Below the pieces are notes generated by a model that saw only the letters and a program-made list of their open reading frames with translations, was not told where the DNA came from and did no database searches. Below are positions 57,447-64,000 of a DNA stretch of 64,000 nt, one piece after another. Where the stretch lies: positions 41,135-105,134 of the forward strand of contig JACRHD010000060.1 of assembly GCA_016234115.1 (NCBI GenBank). The letters are read 5' to 3'. Both the position numbers and the translations under genes were made by a program. Source of the DNA: Nitrospirota bacterium. GTDB taxonomy: Bacteria; Nitrospirota; Thermodesulfovibrionia; UBA6902. The stretch's first letter is position 1; the number at the start of each line of letters is the position of its first letter.

Positions 57447-58380
57447 ATGCTTTTCTGATCGTATATTGGGGCTTTTTATTGAGAGACAGAAAAATCCTTC
57501 CGATATATTCTCCGACCATTCCGAGCATTACCAACTGTATTCCGCCGAAAATGGAGATTGAAACAAAGAGGCTCGCGAAACCTACCGGGATATCGGGACT
57601 CAGGAGTTTTTCAATAGCAGTATAAATGCCCAACAGCAATCCGACGGAAGCAAATATAAGACCCAGGAAAATGGAAATCCTCAACGGCAGGACGGAAAAA
57701 TTTGTAAACATATTCAGCCACAGCGAAACCAGTTTTTTGATCGTATAGCCTGAGCGCCCCTCCCGCCGCTCGCCATGCTCCACCCTCACCGTCCCGATCT
57801 TGTCGGTAGTCTGTAATACTAATCCGTCTATGTACGGAAAGGGGGCCTGATACTTGATGATTTCCCTTACGAGGAATTTATTCAGGACCTTGAAACTCGA
57901 AAGGTACAGACCGGCCGGTTTATGCAGCATAAGGCCCGCGACCTTGTTATGAAACCAGCTCCCCCAGTTCCTGAACAGCGAATGTTTCTTCTTGTCATAA
58001 TATGAGTAAACCACGTCATACTCGCCGTCTAACGCCTTATCGACAAGTTTAACGACCTCGCTTATCGGGTTCTGAAAATCATCATCCATGATGACGACAT
58101 AGTCCCCCGTGACCTTATTTAATCCGGCCATCACCCCATTATGTTCTCCGACGTTTTTTGATAATGAATAAAACCGTACTGTCTCTCTGTATTTTTCAAA
58201 CAGGGCGACGCACGCCTCTTCCGAACGGTCGGCCGAATTGTCGTTTACGAGCACAACTTCGAGCTTGTAAAGAGGCCCCAAATCCCTGATAAGTCCTTCA
58301 ACCAGGCTCCCGATAGTATTTTCAGAGTTGTAGACCGGAATTAAAATGGATAATGCAATTGAGGGGTCTTTTTTGTTCAT
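57430..58380 (-). CDS. GT2 polyprenyl-phosphate amino-sugar transferase (ArnC-like)
   Basis: 'LSILIPVYNSE', 'VVLVNDNSADRS' and 'DDDFQNP' are GT2 motifs. Two C-terminal TM helices are present. 316 aa. Confidence 0.8.
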   Translation of the reverse strand: MNKKDPSIALSILIPVYNSENTIGSLVEGLIRDLGPLYKLEVVLVNDNSADRSEEACVALFEKYRETVRFYSLSKNVGEHNGVMAGLNKVTGDYVVIMDDDFQNPISEVVKLVDKALDGEYDVVYSYYDKKKHSLFRNWGSWFHNKVAGLMLHKPAGLYLSSFKVLNKFLVREIIKYQAPFPYIDGLVLQTTDKIGTVRVEHGERREGRSGYTIKKLVSLWLNMFTNFSVLPLRISIFLGLIFASVGLLLGIYTAIEKLLSPDIPVGFASLFVSISIFGGIQLVMLGMVGEYIGRIFLSLNKKPQYTIRKAYEAHE

Positions 58381-58580
58381 TAATCCGGTTTCGATAAGAT
58401 ATTCTCAATTCATCAAAAAATCTGAACCATCTCTGTTCTGCAAACAGGTCTCTTAATGATTTCGTCTCAACGACGTCATACCATTTGTTTCTTTGAAGAA
58501 ATCTTCTACGGATTTAATGTCTTAAATACAATTCAATAACTTATAAAGTATAGCAAATAACACAAAGTAAAAAATAGGTA

Positions 58581-58725
58581 TTCCCTGTAACCCTCAGTTA
58601 CGAGTTATAACACACCCCTGCGCCCCTCTCAAGAGGGGAATAAAGACAAGTCCCCTCCTGGGAGGGGTAAGGGGTGGTTTTCTTTCCGGCACACATATCC
58701 ACCACGTAACTGAAGGGGTCACGTA
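58581..58725. repeat. IR-flanked element C, reverse orientation
   Basis: Reverse complement of 7546-7640, including cccctctcaagagggg and cccctcctgggagggg. Flanked by ccctcagttacg / cgtaactgaagggg. Confidence 0.75.
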
Positions 58726-58802
58726 GCGGAATGACTTATATTTCCTAAAATATTATAATAAGAAAAGTTTATTTTCTATCATCCGGTGAAAAATAGCTGA
58801 TA

Positions 58803-60251
58803 ATGCCCCGAGCACTGACAAGCCTGAACGCCAAAGAGGTGAAATTCCTTCGGTCCGCCCTGACCGAGGAAAACGCCTTCATGACGACCCGTGATTGTCT
58901 TCAGTGGCTTGAGCATCGGAGAAAGCAGACCCATGTTCAAATTGAGCAGATACCGTTTGCCAAATTGCGTAAATGGTATTTTGATAAAGATACCGGTAAC
59001 TTACGCCATGAAAGCGGGCGTTTCTTTTCCATTGAAGGAGCTCATGTAAAGACGAACTATGGTTTTGTGTCTGAATGGTCGCAGCCTATTATAAATCAGC
59101 CTGAAATAGGCATTCTTGGAATTATTACCAGAGAGATCAACGGCATCCTTTATTTCCTCATGCAGGCAAAGATCGAGCCGGGGAATATAAATTACGTCCA
59201 GCTTTCTCCGACACTGCAGGCCACAAAAAGCAACTATACCAAAATACATAAAGGGGCGTCCCCCGAATATCTCGAATATTTCACGGACAGCTCAAAGAGC
59301 AGGGTCCTTTCAGACCAGTTACAATCCGAACAGGGCGCCAGGTTCCTGAAAAAGAGGAACAGGAACATCATAGTCGAGATCGACGATAATATACTTTTAA
59401 AAGATAACTTCTGCTGGCTGACCCTTGGACAGATCATCAGATTGATGGAATACGATAATGTGGTAAACATGGACACCCGGACAGTGATCTCCGGAATTCA
59501 GTTCGGCTCCCTCTGCCCGGAGCAGATAGAGCTGTACATTAAAAGCGACTTTCACCGAAAGGAACATACCATGTTTCAGCCGGATATTTTGACGTCGATG
59601 TTTGATAATACAAGTGCCCGGAACACCATAGACGACATTATATCCTGGATAACGGGACTGAAAACAAGATATGAATTGAACGTGGAAAATGTCCCCCTGA
59701 ACAGCGTCCGGGAATGGCAGAAAGACGATTATGCGATCCACCACAAGACAAAAAACTTTTTTTCAGTCATCGCAGTTCTGGTAGAAATAGAAAACCGCGA
59801 AGTCGCTTCATGGACACAGCCGCTAATCAGGGCCGCGCAGGAAGGTATAATATCGTTCCTCATGAAGAAATTCAGCGGGGTATCTCATTTCCTTGTTCAG
59901 GCCAAACTGGAGGCAGGCAATTTCGACATCCTCGAAATGGCCCCGACGGTCCAGTGCATTACCGGCAATTACCGTAATGCCCCTTCCGATAAGCGCCCTC
60001 CCTTTCTGGATTATGTGTTAAATGCGAGAGAAGATCAAATAAAGTATTCAACTTATCAATCCGAGGAAGGCGGCAGGTTTTACCGTGAACAAAACAGGAA
60101 TCTTATCATTGAAGTCGATGATTCCTTTCCGGCGGCCGTTCCCGACAATTATATCTGGATGACATTGAACCAGTTAAAGCAGTTTATCAAGTATAATAAT
60201 TACCTGAATATTCAGGCGCGCACGCTGCTGTCTGCGATTGGTCTCAAGTAA
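58803..60251 (+). CDS. NDP-hexose 2,3-dehydratase (EvaA/TylX3 family, tandem Nudix-like halves)
   Basis: Two homologous halves ('ILGIITREINGILYFLMQAKIEPGN' and 'ISFLMKKFSGVSHFLVQAKLEAGNF'). About 480 aa. Confidence 0.8.
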   Translation: MPRALTSLNAKEVKFLRSALTEENAFMTTRDCLQWLEHRRKQTHVQIEQIPFAKLRKWYFDKDTGNLRHESGRFFSIEGAHVKTNYGFVSEWSQPIINQPEIGILGIITREINGILYFLMQAKIEPGNINYVQLSPTLQATKSNYTKIHKGASPEYLEYFTDSSKSRVLSDQLQSEQGARFLKKRNRNIIVEIDDNILLKDNFCWLTLGQIIRLMEYDNVVNMDTRTVISGIQFGSLCPEQIELYIKSDFHRKEHTMFQPDILTSMFDNTSARNTIDDIISWITGLKTRYELNVENVPLNSVREWQKDDYAIHHKTKNFFSVIAVLVEIENREVASWTQPLIRAAQEGIISFLMKKFSGVSHFLVQAKLEAGNFDILEMAPTVQCITGNYRNAPSDKRPPFLDYVLNAREDQIKYSTYQSEEGGRFYREQNRNLIIEVDDSFPAAVPDNYIWMTLNQLKQFIKYNNYLNIQARTLLSAIGLK

Positions 60252-60260
60252 CACAACAAG

Positions 60261-61235
60261 TTGATGAAAAAAATAAATATCGGCGTCATCGGATGCGCAA
60301 ACGTAGCTGAAAGATGCATGCTGCCGGCCATAAAGGCGGCGAATGAATTTGAATTGATTGCCGTCGCCAGTCGTAACAGGGAAAAAGCCGCAAACCTTGC
60401 CGCAAAATTCTCATGTGAGGCAATCGAGGGTTACGCGGACATATTGAACAGGGACGATATCGACGCCGTATATGTGCCGTTGCCCACCGGATTGCATGAA
60501 GAATGGCTCATAAAAGCGCTTAGGAAAGGCAAGCACGTGCTGTCCGAGAAATCTCTGACAACGGATTACGCGTCGGCAAAAAAAGTAATCGACGAGGCCG
60601 AAATCAGGCAGTTACTGGTAATGGAGGATTTCATGTTTCCGTATCATCGCCAGCATGCCTTTGTCAAAAAGCTGCTCCTGGACGGCGAAATCGGAGATGT
60701 GTACTTCTTTAAAAGCTCCTTTGGGTTTCCTCCGAGGGGCAAGGATGATATCCGTTATGACAGGAAACTGGGCGGCGGCGCGCTTTTGGACGCAGGCGCT
60801 TATGTCGTAAAGGCGACCCAGATGTTTCTCGGACGAGATCTCACACTGCTCGGCGCCTTCCTGAAATACGACGGACGACTTGACGTGGACATTTACGGCG
60901 GGGCGATGTTTACGAACAATAAGGACCAAATCTCCCACGTCAGCTTCAGTTTTGATAATTATTACCAGTGCAGCTATGAAATATGGGGGAGCAAGGGCAA
61001 GATAACAGCGGACAGGGCATTTACCCCCCCGCCGAATTTCGCCCCGACAATCGTGCTGGAAAAACAGGACCACAGGCAGGAATTCGTCATAGCGCCGGAC
61101 AATCACTTCGTTAACATCCTGAAAGAATTTCACAGGGCGATACGGGAGAACGATTTCCGCCGCCACTGGGATGAAGCATTAACGCAGGCAAAATTACTCG
61201 ATCAGATAAGGGAGAACCATGCAAGATCAGATTAG
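60261..61235 (+). CDS. Gfo/Idh/MocA-family oxidoreductase (NDP-hexose 3-ketoreductase-like)
   Basis: 'INIGVIGCANVAERCMLPAI' is a Rossmann N-terminus. Its position after the 2,3-dehydratase is typical of a 3-ketoreductase. Confidence 0.7.
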   Translation: MMKKINIGVIGCANVAERCMLPAIKAANEFELIAVASRNREKAANLAAKFSCEAIEGYADILNRDDIDAVYVPLPTGLHEEWLIKALRKGKHVLSEKSLTTDYASAKKVIDEAEIRQLLVMEDFMFPYHRQHAFVKKLLLDGEIGDVYFFKSSFGFPPRGKDDIRYDRKLGGGALLDAGAYVVKATQMFLGRDLTLLGAFLKYDGRLDVDIYGGAMFTNNKDQISHVSFSFDNYYQCSYEIWGSKGKITADRAFTPPPNFAPTIVLEKQDHRQEFVIAPDNHFVNILKEFHRAIRENDFRRHWDEALTQAKLLDQIRENHARSD

Positions 61236-62322
61236 GAAACCGATATATGTTACGCAGCCGTCGCTGCCCCCCCTGGACGAATATACGCGTATCCTTGAAG
61301 GTGTCTGGGAAAGAGGCATACTGACTCATAACGGTCCAATGGTCCAGCTCCTGGAAAAAGAACTTATCGACTATCTACATGTGCCGAACCTCGTTGCTGT
61401 TACAAACGGGACCATTGCAATACAATTAGCCATTCGCGCCCTGAATTTAGAGGGAGAAATAATTACGACCCCGTTTACCTGGATAGCCACGGCCAGCGCG
61501 ATCATGTGGGAAAAATGCAGGCCTGTTTTTGCGGACGTTCAGCCGGACACATTTAACATAGACCCTCAGAGGATCGAAGAGAAGATCACCGACAGGACGT
61601 CCGCGATAATACCCGTTCATGTATTCAGCAATCCCTGTGACGTGGAGGCCATACAAAAAATCGCCGATAAGCACAATTTGAAGGTCATATACGACGCCGC
61701 CCATGCCATGTGCGTCGACTACAACGGGAAATCCCTGCTTGAATACGGGGACATTACTGCGACCAGTTTTCATGCCACCAAGATTTTTCAGTCAGGCGAA
61801 GGGGGCGCCTGTATTACAAAAGACAGGGAATTATTCGAGCGTCTCCGGAGACTCCGCTTTTTCGGTCACGACGAGAAGAAGGACATTGTCGACGAGGGGC
61901 TGAACGGAAAAATGACGGAGGTCCATGCCGCCCTTGGACTGGCAAGCCTGAAGTGGCTGGACAAGGTTTTGCATGACAGAAGAGAAAAATATGAATTATA
62001 CATGTCCCTTTTGGAGAACTGCGGCTTCATCGAATTTCAGAATTTTCCGCCGGATTCATATAACTACAGCTATATGCCTGTTCTGCTGGAAAACGAAGAG
62101 CAGTTACTTGCGCTTACGGAGCATTTGAACGGACACAACATTTATCCAAGGAGATATTTTCATCCTTCCTTAAATACTGTTGATGTCGTCTCATCAAAGG
62201 AGCATTTTCCGGTCGCGGAGGACCTGGCATCGAGGATATTGTGCCTGCCTCTGTTTTATACTCTGAAGAAGACGGACATTGAATATATTTGCGGTTTAAT
62301 CATCAACTGCCGGCGCCGATAA
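61219..62322 (+). CDS. DegT-family PLP sugar aminotransferase (C-3 aminotransferase-like)
   Basis: 'VAVTNGTIAIQLAIRAL', 'FHATKIF' and 'GEGGA' mark fold type I. Confidence 0.85.
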   Translation: MQDQIRKPIYVTQPSLPPLDEYTRILEGVWERGILTHNGPMVQLLEKELIDYLHVPNLVAVTNGTIAIQLAIRALNLEGEIITTPFTWIATASAIMWEKCRPVFADVQPDTFNIDPQRIEEKITDRTSAIIPVHVFSNPCDVEAIQKIADKHNLKVIYDAAHAMCVDYNGKSLLEYGDITATSFHATKIFQSGEGGACITKDRELFERLRRLRFFGHDEKKDIVDEGLNGKMTEVHAALGLASLKWLDKVLHDRREKYELYMSLLENCGFIEFQNFPPDSYNYSYMPVLLENEEQLLALTEHLNGHNIYPRRYFHPSLNTVDVVSSKEHFPVAEDLASRILCLPLFYTLKKTDIEYICGLIINCRRR

Positions 62323-62333
62323 AATAAGGAGCC

Positions 62334-62894
62334 TTGATTTTGAATAAATATGGCATTCCATACGTACGAATTTTTGAGCCTGCGGTCATCATTAATATCG
62401 AAAACATAGAGTTCGGCAAGTACGTCATGATCGACAGTTTCGTCCTTATCCAGGCCAAAAGGAAGATTAAAATAGGGGACCATGTTCATATCCCCTCTTT
62501 TTCATCAATCACGGGAGGCGGCAAGCTTGTAATGGAGGATTATTCCGGTTTGTCCTCAGGGGTAAGGATATTTACGGGGAGCGATGACTTTAAAGATTGG
62601 GGGTTCGGTAACCCGACTATAGATGAAAGGTTCAGGAATGTCAAAATCGGCGAGGTGATCATCAGGAAATTTGCTATCGTCGGGGCCAACAGTGTGGTGC
62701 TCCCGGATGTTGAAATCGGGGAAGGGGCTGCTGTCGGCGCGGGCTCTGTGGTGACTAAAAACCTGGAGCCGTGGGGGATATATATCGGGAACAGGAAAAT
62801 CGGAGAGCGTAACAGGAAAGACGTGCTGAAGAACTTTGAAAACTTTCTGACGACCAGCGAACCGGAAAGGACAGGGCCATTTTTCAGACAATAA
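62334..62894 (+). CDS. left-handed beta-helix (hexapeptide-repeat) sugar N-acetyltransferase
   Basis: Hexapeptide repeats 'IGDHVHI...VRIFTG...VKIGEVIIRKFAIVGANSVVLPDVEIGEGAAVGAGSVV'. Probable TTG start (62334 or 62340) after aaggag. Confidence 0.65.
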   Translation: MILNKYGIPYVRIFEPAVIINIENIEFGKYVMIDSFVLIQAKRKIKIGDHVHIPSFSSITGGGKLVMEDYSGLSSGVRIFTGSDDFKDWGFGNPTIDERFRNVKIGEVIIRKFAIVGANSVVLPDVEIGEGAAVGAGSVVTKNLEPWGIYIGNRKIGERNRKDVLKNFENFLTTSEPERTGPFFRQ

Positions 62895-62966
62895 GCAATT
62901 TATTTTCCGGATCATCGTGGAAAAGCGCGGGTAAAAACCCCTGAATTTGGATATGATTAATTGTAT

Positions 62967-62995
62967 CCCCCCTTTTTCAAAGGGGGAGACGGCAC
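62967..62995. repeat. element-B fragment (cccccctttttcaaagggggagacggcac)
   Basis: Shares the palindrome with the B copies at 7386, 16761 and 53633. Confidence 0.6.
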
Positions 62996-63024
62996 AGGTT
63001 ATACAATGATTTGAGCATCGCAAC

Positions 63025-63963
63025 ATGAACGACATAGATTATTCAATAATAATTCCTGTTTATTACAATGAAGGTTCAATAGAAAAGACTTTCAATATTT
63101 TACATGAGAAAGTGATTTCGATAAATAAAGGGTTGAACTGCGAATTGATATTCATCGACGACGGGTCAAGAGATAATTCGTTTAATGAAATATCGGGACT
63201 GAAGGAAAAATATCCGGACTTGATAAGGGTGATCAAGTTTACGCGTAATTTCGGCCAGGTAGCGGCAATTTATGCCGGATATCAATATGCCAGGGGCAAA
63301 TGCCTGATCAATATTTCGGCCGATTTACAGGACCCGCCGGAGCTTATTAATGAAATGATCGACTGCCATTTAAAGGACAAATATGAAATTGTCATTTGCA
63401 CCCGTGAAGCGAGAGAAGACTCCTATTTTCAGAGAAAGACCTCCGGCATTTTTTACAAGCTGATAAGAAAACTCTCCTTTCCCGATATGCCGTCGGGCGG
63501 CTTTGATTTTGTATTGATAAGCGACAAGGTGAAAGACATCATATTGGAGAAAAGAGAAGCAAACCCTTTCTGGCAGGGACACCTGCTGTGGACGGGCCAT
63601 CGGACCAGATTTATTCCATATAAAAGAAGCGAAAGAGAAATCGGAACATCCAGATGGACCTTTTCAAAAAAGATCAAATACCTGATAGACGGCGTAACGA
63701 GCTACTCCTATTTCCCCCTGAGACTGATGTCCGTGGTCGGCGGCCTGGTGGCGTTAGTGGGTTTTCTGTACGCCGTCTTCATAATATTCGCACGAATCTT
63801 CGGCGACGTCGTTCCGTTCGGCTGGGCGCCGATAATGGTAGTTGTGCTGCTTCTTTCCGGCATTCAAATGTTGATGCTGGGGATCGTGGGGGAATACCTC
63901 TGGCGGGTATTGGACCAGGTCAGAAACAGGCAGCCGTATATTATTGAGAACATCTGGTATTGA
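63025..63963 (+). CDS. GT2 polyprenyl-phosphate glycosyltransferase (GtrB/ArnC-type, C-terminal 2 TM)
   Basis: 'IIIPVYYNE', 'LIFIDDGSRDNS' and 'ADLQDPPE' are GT2 motifs. C-terminal hydrophobic helices are present. Confidence 0.8.
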   Translation: MNDIDYSIIIPVYYNEGSIEKTFNILHEKVISINKGLNCELIFIDDGSRDNSFNEISGLKEKYPDLIRVIKFTRNFGQVAAIYAGYQYARGKCLINISADLQDPPELINEMIDCHLKDKYEIVICTREAREDSYFQRKTSGIFYKLIRKLSFPDMPSGGFDFVLISDKVKDIILEKREANPFWQGHLLWTGHRTRFIPYKRSEREIGTSRWTFSKKIKYLIDGVTSYSYFPLRLMSVVGGLVALVGFLYAVFIIFARIFGDVVPFGWAPIMVVVLLLSGIQMLMLGIVGEYLWRVLDQVRNRQPYIIENIWY

Positions 63964-64000
63964 AAATTGAGGGTCGCTAACTCATCTTAACATTAAAATA

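Overview
This 64-kb window is a gene-dense accessory region from a Gram-negative anaerobe or microaerophile with roughly 50% GC. The gene content (cbb3 oxidase, flavodiiron protein, rubrerythrin, biotin genes) resembles Desulfobacterota or Nitrospirota, but this is a guess from context only. The window has three parts.

(1) 1-10.4 kb is a non-canonical cbb3-type cytochrome oxidase locus: an Rrf2 regulator, ccoN, a fused CcoO-CcoP-like dihaem subunit, a CcoQ-like fragment, ccoG, fixH, a DsbD_2-like membrane protein, ccoI and two CcoS-like genes. A peroxiredoxin sits inside this locus whose peroxidatic Cys codon is an in-frame TGA followed by a hairpin. I interpret it as a selenocysteine peroxiredoxin. 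Intergenic hairpins built from tandem GTRACRR heptads recur throughout this cluster.

(2) 10.4-20.5 kb is housekeeping and oxidative-stress genes: a MazEF-type toxin-antitoxin pair, DAHP synthase, a Tat-signal rubrerythrin, a lipid kinase, bioW-bioB, acylphosphatase, a flavodiiron protein, a NifU-like protein, a HEAT-repeat protein, a TPR lipoprotein, and tRNA-Pro(CGG) with its terminator.

(3) 20.5-64 kb is a very large envelope glycan and lipid-modification island. It holds a Dlt-like operon (ACP, MBOAT, DltD-like protein) in which a fused E1-alpha/beta plus E2 2-oxoacid dehydrogenase takes the place of a DltA ligase. It holds four GtrB/ArnC-type polyprenyl-phosphate glycosyltransferases and at least three GT-C membrane transferases. 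It holds a UDP-sulfoquinovose-synthase-like gene next to an FkbH/ACP/hot-dog-SDR/GNAT/B12-radical-SAM module. It holds an Arn-like amino-sugar pathway with a carbamoyltransferase, a HAD-UbiA fusion and a second B12-radical-SAM enzyme. It holds an actinomycete-style 2,3-dehydratase/3-ketoreductase/3-aminotransferase/N-acetyltransferase cassette.

A family of short composite palindromic repeats (elements A, B and C) occurs at five intergenic sites across the window. No rRNA, CRISPR array, integrase or transposase gene was seen.
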